Assembly: GCA_958296065.1 (NCBI GenBank)
Contig: CATQHX010000002.1
Location: 11,761 to 75,760, forward strand
DNA from: Vicinamibacterales bacterium
Lineage (GTDB): Bacteria > Acidobacteriota > Vicinamibacteria > Vicinamibacterales > UBA8438
Direction of reading: 5' to 3'
DNA: 64,000 bases
A program made the translations under genes and the position numbers. Under the pieces are notes generated by a model. That model made no database searches and was not told where the DNA came from. It was given only the letters and a program-made list of their open reading frames with translations. Of the stretch, positions 1 through 8,791 are shown piece by piece (the stretch's first letter is position 1; each line of letters opens with the position of its first letter).

Positions 1-1
1 A

Positions 2-907
2 CTCACCGCGGGAGCTTCCGAAGGCATCGACCTTGCCCTGAGCGTGCTCGTCGACCACGACGACGAGGTTCTCGTCTCGGTGCCGACCTATCCGCTGTAC
101 ACGGGCGTCCTGGCGAAGCTCGGCGCGCGCGCCGTCTATTACCGGACGGACCCCGCGCGCGGGTGGCAACCCGACATCGCTCACGTCGAGAGCCTGATCT
201 CGCCCCGCACACGGGCGCTGGTCGTGGTCGACCCCAACAATCCGACCGGGGCCGTCTACACGCGGGAAAACCGCCTCGCCCTGCTCGAGCTGGCCGACCG
301 CCACAACATCGTGCTGCTCTCGGACGAGGGCTACACGGACCTCGCCTACGACGGCCGGGTGGCCCCGATCGGGTCGTACAATCCCGACGCGCCGGTGATC
401 TCGTTCTCGTCGCTGTCCAAGGCGCACCTTGCGCCCGGCTGGCGCGCGGGCTGGATGGCGGTGGGCGGCGGAGCGCGGCTCGACGGCGCGCTCGCCGCGA
501 TCAAGGACATGGCCGACGGGCGGCTCTGCAGCGTAGGACCGATGCAGTATGCGGTTCCCGCGGCGCTGCACGGGGACAAGTCGCACCAGGTCGAGTTCCT
601 CCGCGCGCTGCGGGAACGCGCGGAGGTCACGACACGCCGGCTCAACGCGATCGACGGCATCTCTTGCGTACGTCCCGCGGCGGCGTTCTACGCGATGCCC
701 AAGGTGGAGCTGCCTCCCGGCCGCACGGACGAGGACTACGTCATCGGTCTGCTGCGCGCCACCGGCCTGCTGTGCGTATACGGCTCGGGCTTCGGCACCA
801 GACCTGCCGCCGGGTACTTCCGCATCGTCTTCCTTGCCCCGCCGGCGGAGCTCGACACGTTCTACGACGAAATAGAAACGTTCACCGCGGAATTCCTGGC
901 GGAGTAA
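2..907 (+). CDS. PLP-dependent class I/II aminotransferase (AlaA/AspC-like), 5' end cut by window edge
   Basis: Frame open from base 2 (LTAGASEGIDLALS...). Motifs PTYPLY, VDPNNPTG, SDEGY and SLSKAHLAPGWRAGW (pyridoxal-lysine region) are typical of fold-type I aminotransferases. Confidence 0.85.
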   Translation, partial: LTAGASEGIDLALSVLVDHDDEVLVSVPTYPLYTGVLAKLGARAVYYRTDPARGWQPDIAHVESLISPRTRALVVVDPNNPTGAVYTRENRLALLELADRHNIVLLSDEGYTDLAYDGRVAPIGSYNPDAPVISFSSLSKAHLAPGWRAGWMAVGGGARLDGALAAIKDMADGRLCSVGPMQYAVPAALHGDKSHQVEFLRALRERAEVTTRRLNAIDGISCVRPAAAFYAMPKVELPPGRTDEDYVIGLLRATGLLCVYGSGFGTRPAAGYFRIVFLAPPAELDTFYDEIETFTAEFLAE

Positions 908-910
908 CTC

Positions 911-3676
911 ATGATGCGCTTCCGTGCCGGCATGGGGGCGTTCGTCGTGCTGTCCCTCGCGGCAACCGTCGCCGGCGCGCAGACCGTCTCGCTGGCCGAC
1001 TTCGAGCCACTCGTCGAAAGACTGACGGCCGCCACGCGCGCGGCCGACGTCGAAGCCTACCTCGACCTGCTGGCGGAGGATGCGGACCGGTTCCGGGCGC
1101 GCGCATTCGCCGCCGACGCACTGAGGCAGGACGTCCGGGAGGCGGCCGCGCGTGGGCGCTTCGTTCGCCCGCTCGACGACAATCCGGAGGGCGGCGGCTA
1201 CGAGCTGACGGTCGAAGTGTTCACCGAGCGTGGCGTAGCCGGCCGGCTCCAGACTTGGAGCATCGACGTAGTGCCCGACGAGGGCGATGGGCAGCGGCGA
1301 TGGCGCATCGCCGGCCAGGAACGCGTCGACGTCGTCGACGGTCTCCTGCACCTCGCCTTGCGACCCGACGTGGCGTACGACGCCGCGAACTTCTCGATCT
1401 TCGGCGAGGACATGACCCTGCGCATGGCGAGCGGCACGATGTTCGTCGCCGAGACGGACCGGGGCGGCATCACCGGAATAGTGCTCCTCGGCGACGGTGT
1501 CCTGACGTTCTCCCCCACTCCCGAGGCCGAACGGGGACAGGTTCGGTTGCTTACCGGGCGCGAGACCCTCGAGGCGGACTTCTCGGCGGCGTTCGTGCGG
1601 GTGAACCCGGTAACTTTCGCGTCGCGAGTCTCGACCCCCAATCTGAACCGGCGCCCCGTCAGAGGCGATGACCTCGAGCGGGCCCAGGAGACCTTCGAGC
1701 GATACGCGCCGTTGTCCTTCGGGATCGACCTCGGGGATCTGAGTGACAGATCCTGGTCGCTGACGCCCGGCGGGGGTGATTTCATCGCGGACATGGAGAC
1801 CGAGCGTTACGGCACGCTGACGTTCGCACAGTCGGCCAACCAGCCCGAAAACGTGTCGCTCTACGAGCGCGAGTCCCAACGCATCATCGCCCTCTATCCG
1901 TCGGCGGAGAAGCGCGCGGCGCAGGGTCGCTATTTCAGCGACGACGACAGCGTCGCATACGACGTGCTCGACTACCAGATCGCGGCGTCCTTCGAGCCGG
2001 CCGGGGTCGAGCGGCAATCCATGCGAGCCCGACCGCGACTGCGCGGCTGCTTCATTACCGGCCGGACCAGACTCGCCGTTCGCGTCACCGGATCGAACCT
2101 CGCGTCGCTGACACTGCGCCTGGCCGCGGACCTCGAGGTACATTCCGTCGTTTCGAACGAGCTGGGTCCGCTACTCTTCTTCCGCATGCGCGGGAGAGAC
2201 AACCTGGTCGTGAGCCTGCCCAGCCGAGTCCCGCCCATCGGCGCCGAGTTCACCCTCGAAATCGAGTACTCCGGGCTGCTCGAAGCCCAGGAGCTCGAGG
2301 AGAACTGGCTGGGTCGGAGAGGTTTCGGGCTGGACGCCGTGGGCGCGACCACTCCATTCGGCTTCGCGGCGCGCCGGTACATCTACAGCAGCGCGACGCA
2401 CTGGTATCCCCGCGCCAGCACCTCCGACTACGCGACTGCCACGATGGACCTGACGGTCCCGGCCGACTACGCCGTCGTCGCCAGCGGCGAACCCGCGGAG
2501 ACGAACTCGTCCCCGGCAGTGCCCGGGAACCAGGGCGTGCCCGAAACGCGCCGCTATCGATACGTCACGCTCCAGCCGGCGCGGTACCTCTCGTGCGTCA
2601 TCAGCCCTTTCGCGCCGGTGGCGACCGGCCCCCGCCTGGTGACGCTGGACCCGCAACCGGGGACCAACCGGGAGTTGCGACGGGGCGTGTCGTACGACAG
2701 CCTGTCGCTCGCCGTCACGTCGACCGAACGCACCCGCGACAGAATCCCCGGCTACTACGAAACCGCCGCGGACATCCTCGGCTTCTATGCGTCCCTCATC
2801 GGCGACGTACCCTACCCGACGTTCACGCTGGCCCTGACAGACGCCGTCCTGCCCGGTGGCCACAGTCCCGCGTACTTCGCCATCCTGAACCAGCCGTTGC
2901 CGTTGCCGCCGGGCGCGATGGTGTCGTGGCGCACCGATCCGGTCGCATTCAGCCGCTACCCGGCATTCTTTCTCGCCCACGAACTGGCTCACCAGTGGTG
3001 GGGCCAGGCGGTAGGGTGGAAGAACTACCACGAGCAGTGGTTGAGCGAAGGGCTCTCGCAGTACTTCGCGGCGCTCTATGCCGAGCACAGCAACGATCCC
3101 GAGGTCTTCTCCGAAGTGCTCAGGCAGATGCGGCGGTGGAGCATCAGGCATTCGGATCAGGGCCCGGTGTATCTCGGCAACCGGCTCGGACGGATCGAGG
3201 ACGAGCCGCGGGTATTTCGGGCCCTCGTGTACAACAAGGGCGCGATGGTGCTGCACATGCTGCGGCGCCTCCTCGGCGATGAGACGTTCTTTGGGGGCCT
3301 CCGGCGCTACTACAACGAGATGCGGTTCCGCAAGGCGGGCACGGACGACCTGATCCGGGCGTTCGAGGCCGAGTCGGGGCGGTCGCTGACGGATTTTTTC
3401 GATCGCTGGATTCACGAGGACGATCTCCCCGACATCGCGTTCAGCTACCGGATCGAGACACGGTCGGGGAGCCGGGAAGCTGTCCTGCGGTTCGAGCAGC
3501 GCGGCAAGCTGTTCGAGGTGCCGATCACCGTCACACTTCGTTACCGTGGAAACGACCGCGAGACGCTGGTAGTGCCGGTTGCCGGGGAGGTGACCGAGGT
3601 GCGCTTGCCGCTCCGCGGTCCGCTGCGGGACGTGGAGGTCAACGAGGATGGAGGGGCGCTTGTCGAGGTGGGGTAG
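911..3676 (+). CDS. M1-family zinc metallopeptidase (aminopeptidase N-like), secreted
   Basis: N-terminal signal-like segment MRFRAGMGAFVVLSLAATVAGAQ. Gluzincin signature HELAHQWWG-X-EGLSQYF (HEXXH-X18-E) in the C-terminal half. Confidence 0.85.
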   Translation: MMRFRAGMGAFVVLSLAATVAGAQTVSLADFEPLVERLTAATRAADVEAYLDLLAEDADRFRARAFAADALRQDVREAAARGRFVRPLDDNPEGGGYELTVEVFTERGVAGRLQTWSIDVVPDEGDGQRRWRIAGQERVDVVDGLLHLALRPDVAYDAANFSIFGEDMTLRMASGTMFVAETDRGGITGIVLLGDGVLTFSPTPEAERGQVRLLTGRETLEADFSAAFVRVNPVTFASRVSTPNLNRRPVRGDDLERAQETFERYAPLSFGIDLGDLSDRSWSLTPGGGDFIADMETERYGTLTFAQSANQPENVSLYERESQRIIALYPSAEKRAAQGRYFSDDDSVAYDVLDYQIAASFEPAGVERQSMRARPRLRGCFITGRTRLAVRVTGSNLASLTLRLAADLEVHSVVSNELGPLLFFRMRGRDNLVVSLPSRVPPIGAEFTLEIEYSGLLEAQELEENWLGRRGFGLDAVGATTPFGFAARRYIYSSATHWYPRASTSDYATATMDLTVPADYAVVASGEPAETNSSPAVPGNQGVPETRRYRYVTLQPARYLSCVISPFAPVATGPRLVTLDPQPGTNRELRRGVSYDSLSLAVTSTERTRDRIPGYYETAADILGFYASLIGDVPYPTFTLALTDAVLPGGHSPAYFAILNQPLPLPPGAMVSWRTDPVAFSRYPAFFLAHELAHQWWGQAVGWKNYHEQWLSEGLSQYFAALYAEHSNDPEVFSEVLRQMRRWSIRHSDQGPVYLGNRLGRIEDEPRVFRALVYNKGAMVLHMLRRLLGDETFFGGLRRYYNEMRFRKAGTDDLIRAFEAESGRSLTDFFDRWIHEDDLPDIAFSYRIETRSGSREAVLRFEQRGKLFEVPITVTLRYRGNDRETLVVPVAGEVTEVRLPLRGPLRDVEVNEDGGALVEVG

Positions 3677-5438
3677 GAACTTGCGCAGGACGCTTGGGTG
3701 GTTGGCCGCCGCCAGCGCCGTGACGCTGATGTCGCCGCGGGACGGCGCGACGCAGCCGGGACGGATCTCGATAGAAATCGCCACCGTGGCGGAGGCCGAC
3801 GTGGCCCATGCCGGCGGCACGCACCGCGTCGCGCTCGATGCGGGGCTCCGGCCCGCGGGAAGCGGGCTCCACGTCAACTCGAACGAGCCGCTCGAAGACT
3901 TCCTGATTCCCACCGTGCTCACGATTGAGCCGCCGACAGGGATCGCGGTCGAGGGCCTCGCCTGGCCGGAACCCGTGATGCTGGAGCAGCAGGGAGCGGA
4001 CAAGCCGCTCGCCGTTTATGAAGAGACCTTTGCCATCGGCGTCGCCCTGGCCATCGATCCGGACGTGGCGGCGGGAGACTACGAGGTGCCCGCCTCGCTC
4101 CGATATCAGGCGTGCGACGAGCGCATGTGCTACATCCCGGCGACCGAGCGCCTTGCGTTCCGGGTACGCGTCGCGCCGAGGGACCAGGCGCGCAGCTTTA
4201 CCGATGCGGCGCTGTTCGACCGAATGGCCTTTACCGCGGCCAGCGCCGGCGACCCGCCGGGAACCACACCGACGACGGCTCCCGCCGGGCTGGTCGAGGA
4301 GGGCGACGTGCTCGCGCGGCTCGAGCGGTTCACGGTTGCCGCCACGACCGGCGGGTACCTGAACGAGGAGCAGTTCCTCGAGTTCATCCACCGCGCCGAA
4401 TCGGGCGAGGCCGAGCAGGGTTGGTTCGAAGGCCGCGGCCCGCTCGCCATTCTGGCGCTCATACTGATCGGTGGGCTCGCACTCAACCTGACACCGTGCG
4501 TGCTGCCGATGATCCCGATCAATCTGGCGATCATCGGGGCCGGCGCACGCGCCGGCTCCCGGCTGCGCGGCTTCTCGCTCGGCAGCGCCTACGGTCTGGC
4601 CATGGCGCTGGTTTACGGCGTGCTTGGCCTCGTCGTGATCCTGTCCGCGGGCACCTTCGGCACTATCAACGCGTCGCCCTGGTTCAACCTCGGCATCGCC
4701 CTGCTCTTCATCGCGCTGGCGCTGGCGATGTTCGACGTCTTCACCATCGACTTCTCCCGCTTCCAGAGCCGGTTCGCGGGCGAGTCCTCCGGCAACGGCT
4801 CGTTCCTGCTCGCGTTCGGCATGGGCGGCGTGGCGGCGCTCCTCGCGGGCGCCTGCGTCGCACCGGTCGTGATCCAGGTCATAGTCTTCTCCAGCAACCT
4901 GTACGGCACCGGCACCACGGTTGCGCTTGCCCTGCCGTTCGTGCTCGGCCTCGGGATGGCCATCCCCTGGCCGATTGCAGGCGCCGGCCTGACGTTGATG
5001 CCGAAACCCGGTCCCTGGATGGTGCGAGTCAAGCAGGCTTTCGGCGTCTTCATTCTGGGCACCGCCATCTACTACGGGTACCTGTCCTACGGGCTGTTCA
5101 GCCAGCGCTGGGTCGATCCCGACCTTGTCGCCGAGAGCGTGCAGGAACTCGTCAGCGAAGGCTGGTATCCGTCGCTTGCGCAGGGACTGGCCGAGGCCGA
5201 GGCCGAGGGGAAGCCGGTGCTCGTGGACGTGTGGGCGACGTGGTGCAAGAACTGCCTGACCATGGACCGCACCACGCTCAAGGCGGCCGGCGTGCAGACG
5301 GCACTCGACGACTACATAAAGGTCAAGTTTCAGGCGGAGGATCTCGGAGTCTCGCCGGCGCGTGAGGTCATGGAGCGCTTCGAGGCGATCGGCTTGCCGG
5401 CCTACGCGATCCTGAAGACCGGCATCAGCGCCGAGTAG
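3648..5438 (+). CDS. dsbD: Thiol:disulfide interchange protein DsbD-like (periplasmic N-domain, CcdA-type membrane core, C-terminal thioredoxin)
   Basis: Multi-TM core with LTPCVLPMIP motif. C-terminal thioredoxin motif WATWCKNC. The start overlaps the upstream gene by 29 nt, so the true start may be later. Confidence 0.8.
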   Translation: MEGRLSRWGRNLRRTLGWLAAASAVTLMSPRDGATQPGRISIEIATVAEADVAHAGGTHRVALDAGLRPAGSGLHVNSNEPLEDFLIPTVLTIEPPTGIAVEGLAWPEPVMLEQQGADKPLAVYEETFAIGVALAIDPDVAAGDYEVPASLRYQACDERMCYIPATERLAFRVRVAPRDQARSFTDAALFDRMAFTAASAGDPPGTTPTTAPAGLVEEGDVLARLERFTVAATTGGYLNEEQFLEFIHRAESGEAEQGWFEGRGPLAILALILIGGLALNLTPCVLPMIPINLAIIGAGARAGSRLRGFSLGSAYGLAMALVYGVLGLVVILSAGTFGTINASPWFNLGIALLFIALALAMFDVFTIDFSRFQSRFAGESSGNGSFLLAFGMGGVAALLAGACVAPVVIQVIVFSSNLYGTGTTVALALPFVLGLGMAIPWPIAGAGLTLMPKPGPWMVRVKQAFGVFILGTAIYYGYLSYGLFSQRWVDPDLVAESVQELVSEGWYPSLAQGLAEAEAEGKPVLVDVWATWCKNCLTMDRTTLKAAGVQTALDDYIKVKFQAEDLGVSPAREVMERFEAIGLPAYAILKTGISAE

Positions 5439-5543
5439 CGCCCCGAAACGCCTCGCGGGCTCGGCGTTTCGGCCCATTCTCCCGCCCCAGGAGTCTGCGC
5501 CGCACAACTCACTCCGTTGCGTTCCTGCGGCGCAAACTCCTAG
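5438..5543 (+). repeat. REP-like double-hairpin intergenic repeat, copy 1
   Basis: Hairpin 1: CCGAAACGCC (5443-5452) pairs with GGCGTTTCGG (5463-5472). Hairpin 2: TGCGCCGCA (5496-5504) pairs with TGCGGCGCA (5526-5534). The element fills the whole gap between convergent dsbD and the lipid kinase gene. Homologous to 6516-6624, 8674-8782, 37914-38024 and 38060-38167. Confidence 0.85.
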
Positions 5544-6427
5544 CAAGCCGCGGGAACCCTCACCCGCAGTGACGCCCGATCCACGCGTACGCGCAGGCGG
5601 GGCCCACCGGTATGGACTTCGCCGTCGACATGGTACGCGAGCGGATGATCGGCGAGCAGCTCCATCGCCGTTCCCGACACGCGGCGGATCCCCGGCAGTC
5701 GGTCGATCGTGCCCGTAAGAAGCCGGACGGAATTGAAGAGCAGCCACGGCAACGAGCGAGCCGGGACACAGACGAGGTCGAGCAGCCCATCGTCCGGGCA
5801 GGCGTGCGGCGCTATGACGGCGCCGTTTCCGTACTCCCGGCAGTTTGCCACAGCCACCAGGAACGCGGTCATCGTGAAGGCCTCCTGCGCGGTGCGGACC
5901 GTATACGTTCCGCCGCGGTAGGAGCGCAATTCCCGGATCCCGGCCCGGATGTACGCGGGAGCACCCCGGCGCGTCAGTCGATTGAACACACCTGCAATGT
6001 GCGCGTCGAAGCCGATTCCGGCGACGTTGACGAAGCGCCGGCCATCGATTTTCCCCGTGTCGATGACGCGCACTCGGCCGGTCAACGCGGTTCGCAGGGC
6101 GGCACCCGCACGCCGCTCGAGGCCCAGGCCGCGTGCGAAACCGTTACCTGAGCCGGCAGGCACGACGCCCAACGTCACCCTTGCCGCGGCGACTTCCGCG
6201 GCCACCTCGTTTATCGTGCCGTCGCCTCCCCACGCGACGAGAGTCGTCGCGCCGCCGACAATCATCGCTCGGGCGATTTCACTTGCGCTCCCGCGTTGCT
6301 CCGTCACGCGCACCAAGCCCTTGAGCGAACACTGTCGCAACGAGGTCTCGGCGAGCAGGACGGCATCGCGGACCCTTCGCCGCCCGTGCGGTCCCGCCGC
6401 CGGGTTGATGATGATGCCCACACTCAT
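5540..6427 (-). CDS. Diacylglycerol/lipid kinase family protein (YegS/BmrU-like)
   Basis: Motifs IINPAAG and AWGGDGTINEV (DAGK catalytic domain), then a C-terminal accessory-domain-like region. Confidence 0.85.
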   Translation of the reverse strand: MSVGIIINPAAGPHGRRRVRDAVLLAETSLRQCSLKGLVRVTEQRGSASEIARAMIVGGATTLVAWGGDGTINEVAAEVAAARVTLGVVPAGSGNGFARGLGLERRAGAALRTALTGRVRVIDTGKIDGRRFVNVAGIGFDAHIAGVFNRLTRRGAPAYIRAGIRELRSYRGGTYTVRTAQEAFTMTAFLVAVANCREYGNGAVIAPHACPDDGLLDLVCVPARSLPWLLFNSVRLLTGTIDRLPGIRRVSGTAMELLADHPLAYHVDGEVHTGGPRLRVRVDRASLRVRVPAAC

Positions 6428-6515
6428 TCTGACGGTACATGTATCGGCCGATCACGCCGGCGAGTCCCGGTCACGCTCGGACCTGCGGCCGGCCAGCCGT
6501 CCACGGAACACCAAG

Positions 6516-6624
6516 CCAGGAGCCTGCGCCGCAGAACGCAGCGAAGCGAAGTGCTGCGGCGCAAGGTCATGGAGCGGGGGGATGGGCCGAAACGCCGAGC
6601 CAGCAAGGCGTTTCGGGGCGCTGA
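6516..6624 (-). repeat. REP-like double-hairpin intergenic repeat, copy 2 (inverted orientation)
   Basis: Reverse-complement homologue of copy 1: CTGCGCCGCAG...GCTGCGGCGCAAG then GGGCCGAAACGCC...GGCGTTTCGGGGCGC. It lies in a divergent intergenic region, so it is not simply a terminator. Confidence 0.85.
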
Positions 6625-6633
6625 TGCTATAGT
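6625..6633 (+). promoter_or_regulatory. Extended -10 element TGcTATAGT, 10 nt upstream of the 6644 ATG
   Basis: TG-n-TATAGT read directly. No good -35. Implies a very short leader or none. Confidence 0.35.
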
Positions 6634-6643
6634 AGGGCCACAA

Positions 6644-7873
6644 ATGCGCCGGAAGTGGCTCAGAGTAGCGCTCCTCATCGTCCTCCTGGGAGCTGGCGTC
6701 GCATCGGGCTCCCATGCGTTTCTCGCCGGACAACAGATAGCGGACGCTCGTCGCGCGGCTCGTGCCTTCGACACGCGAGCATGGGCGCTAGCTCTCTCGC
6801 TGGCCGATCTGCGCGCCGCACAGCAGGCCTACGTCGCAACGGGTCAGGATCGCGCCTACTGGATGGCTGACGTCGCGGTCCGGATAGAGGACGTCACCAC
6901 CGAGTTGTCCGAACTGTCCGCGGGAACGACCCTGCCGGTCGCGGGCGATGCGCTCGACGAAGCGACCTCCCTCGTGGCAGCGCTCGCGCGAATGGACGTA
7001 CGCGCTCGCGATCACGCCGAGGCGGGGGAGGAAGTGATGGCTTCCGACCTGATCTTCGCCGACGGCCTGGAGCTGTCACGCTCGGCGGCTGACCAGGTAG
7101 AGCGTGCGCGGATGGTGGAACGGGAGGCGCGTGACAACGACGTCGGAGTCCAGGAGCAGTCGCAGAGCCTGGCGGTCGGCGCGACCCTGGGCGCCAGCGT
7201 GCTGTTCGCGCTGCTGCTGTCCCCTCTGTCGCTCGGGCGCTCGCCCGCCAAGGACTTGCCGGCGAGCCCGGACGACCAGTCGGCCGAAGATGGGGTACCG
7301 GCCCTGCCCGAAGGGCGGCTTTTGCTCGACCTCGACGCCGACGGTGGCGGTGGGGAGGCCACGCTCGAAACGGGCTCCGGCGGCCAGTCCGTCACCCCGG
7401 CACCGGACTTGAGACTGGCAGCCGATCTCTGCACCGAGCTGAGTCGCTCGGCGAACGAGGCCGAGTTGCCGCCGTTGCTGGCGCGCGCCGCCCAACTGCT
7501 CAACGCAAGCTGCATCATCGTCTGGGTCCGCGACGGAACCGGCAATGCTCTTCGTCCGGCCGTCAGTCACGGATATCCCCCTGCAGCGCTGGCCCGGCTT
7601 GGCTCGGTACCTTGCGATGGCGACAACGTCACCGCCGCCGCCTACCGCGATGAACGACTGCAAGTCGTACCGGGCGGCGCCGAGACGCCCGGCGCTATCG
7701 TGGTGCCGTTGGCGTCTCCGGAGGATGGTCCGGGCGTCATGACGCTCGAAGTGAACGACGGATGGGAAGCCAGCGCCAGCGTGCAGTCGACGGCGACCAT
7801 CATCGCGGCGCAACTCGCCACCCTCGTCGCCGCGGATCCTGTCAGCACATCCGCCGGGCAGGCGCGCGCGTAG
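6644..7873 (+). CDS. Membrane sensor-like protein: TM, CHASE3-like helical region, TM, C-terminal GAF-like domain, no output domain
   Basis: Start set at MRRKWLRVALLIVLLGAG because the upstream part of the track ORF runs through REP copy 2. LRAAQQAYVATGQDRAYW resembles the CHASE3 motif. Second TM is LAVGATLGASVLFALLL. The C-terminal ~150 aa looks GAF-like. All domain calls are by eye. Confidence 0.6.
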   Translation: MRRKWLRVALLIVLLGAGVASGSHAFLAGQQIADARRAARAFDTRAWALALSLADLRAAQQAYVATGQDRAYWMADVAVRIEDVTTELSELSAGTTLPVAGDALDEATSLVAALARMDVRARDHAEAGEEVMASDLIFADGLELSRSAADQVERARMVEREARDNDVGVQEQSQSLAVGATLGASVLFALLLSPLSLGRSPAKDLPASPDDQSAEDGVPALPEGRLLLDLDADGGGGEATLETGSGGQSVTPAPDLRLAADLCTELSRSANEAELPPLLARAAQLLNASCIIVWVRDGTGNALRPAVSHGYPPAALARLGSVPCDGDNVTAAAYRDERLQVVPGGAETPGAIVVPLASPEDGPGVMTLEVNDGWEASASVQSTATIIAAQLATLVAADPVSTSAGQARA

Positions 7874-7876
7874 CAG

Positions 7877-7927
7877 CTAGCGCCCGGGAAGCTTTGGCGC
7901 TTCGGACTCACTTCGTTGCGTCTCCGA
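7877..7927 (+). repeat. Degenerate/truncated REP-like copy
   Basis: CTAGCGCCC...GGCGCTTCGG...CACTTCGTTGCGTCTCCG aligns to the ends of copy 3 with an internal deletion. Confidence 0.4.
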
Positions 7928-8184
7928 CCCCTCCAGAGGTCACGCGAATCGTCAAAGGGGACACTCGCGGAAGAGCGTGCCCGGAAGACCCACCCATTCT
8001 CGGGCATTCTCGTCACAGATGATGTTGGCACAAGTCTTGATTGGGTAGAAGGTGGCCGCACGAAGCGTGCGGGATGCAATTCATCAGGCAGGCGCTGGCA
8101 TCGCCGCATCCCGCAATCGTCGGGTACTGACGCTTCGTTGCGGCCGTTTCTCGTCTCTCCCCGCGCACCCACGCCGGCCGGCCT

Positions 8185-8190
8185 TATACT
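8185..8190 (+). promoter_or_regulatory. -10-like TATACT, 6 nt upstream of the fabZ GTG
   Basis: Hexamer read directly. No convincing -35. Confidence 0.3.
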
Positions 8191-8196
8191 CTCCCC

Positions 8197-8646
8197 GTGA
8201 CCACAAGTCTGACTCTTCCGCTCGACAACGCGGCGATCGAACGCATTCTCCCGCACCGCTATCCCTTCTTGCTGGTCGATCGCATCACGGAGTTCGAGCC
8301 CGACAAGCGCATTGTGGGTATCAAGAACGTCTCCCTGAATGAGAGATACCTCTCCGACAGGCGCGGGCGGGCGCCGGTGCTGCCACCGACAATCCTCACC
8401 GAGGCCGTTGCCCAGGTGGGGGCTATCCTGATTCTCGCCAAGCCCGAGAACCGCCAGAAGCTGCCGTTTTTCACCGGCATCGAGCGTGTCCGCTACCTGA
8501 GACCCGTGCATCCGGGCGATGTGGTGGTCATCGAAGCGGAGGTCGTCCGCCTGCGAAGTCGGATGGGGCGCTTGAAGGGCTTCGCGCGGGTCGGTGACGA
8601 CATCGTCATCGACGGCACGATGACCTTCGCCCTGGGACCGCAGTAA
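8197..8646 (+). CDS. fabZ: 3-hydroxyacyl-ACP dehydratase FabZ
   Basis: LPHRYPFLLVDRI N-terminal signature, hot-dog fold length (149 aa), GTG start. Confidence 0.92.
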   Translation: MTTSLTLPLDNAAIERILPHRYPFLLVDRITEFEPDKRIVGIKNVSLNERYLSDRRGRAPVLPPTILTEAVAQVGAILILAKPENRQKLPFFTGIERVRYLRPVHPGDVVVIEAEVVRLRSRMGRLKGFARVGDDIVIDGTMTFALGPQ

Positions 8647-8673
8647 GAGAGACTCCGTGCCCCGCAGCGCATG

Positions 8674-8782
8674 CTAGCGCCCCGAAACGCCGAGCCTGCC
8701 CGGCGTTTCGGCCCATCCCCCCGCTCCATGAGCTTGCCCCGCAACAGGCACTCCGTTTGCGTTCTGCGGCGCAAGCTCCTAG
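8674..8782 (+). repeat. REP-like double-hairpin intergenic repeat, copy 3
   Basis: CTAG-bounded (8674-8677 and 8779-8782). Hairpin 1: CCGAAACGCC (8682-8691) pairs with GGCGTTTCGG (8702-8711). Second hairpin: CTTGCCCCGCA...TGCGGCGCAAG. Confidence 0.85.
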
Positions 8783-8785
8783 AAT
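8757..8785 (+). promoter_or_regulatory. Candidate promoter TTGCGT-17-TAGAAT inside REP copy 3; -10 ends 6 nt before the 8792 ATG
   Basis: Hexamers and spacing read directly. Confidence 0.4.
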
Positions 8786-8791
8786 TCCGGC

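Noticed and set aside
2171-5747. 610-aa and 702-aa minus-strand ORFs
   Set aside because: They are antisense to the M1 peptidase and DsbD genes. The 702-aa ORF also runs through REP copy 1.
6296-6643. Recurring pseudo-peptide ...RSLRRRTQRSEVLRRKVMERGDGPKRRA... (also in ORFs 8493-8852 and 37856-39127, and MGRNAEPARRFGAL in others)
   Set aside because: The similarity comes from translating the REP-like DNA repeat in different ORFs and strands. It is not a conserved protein.
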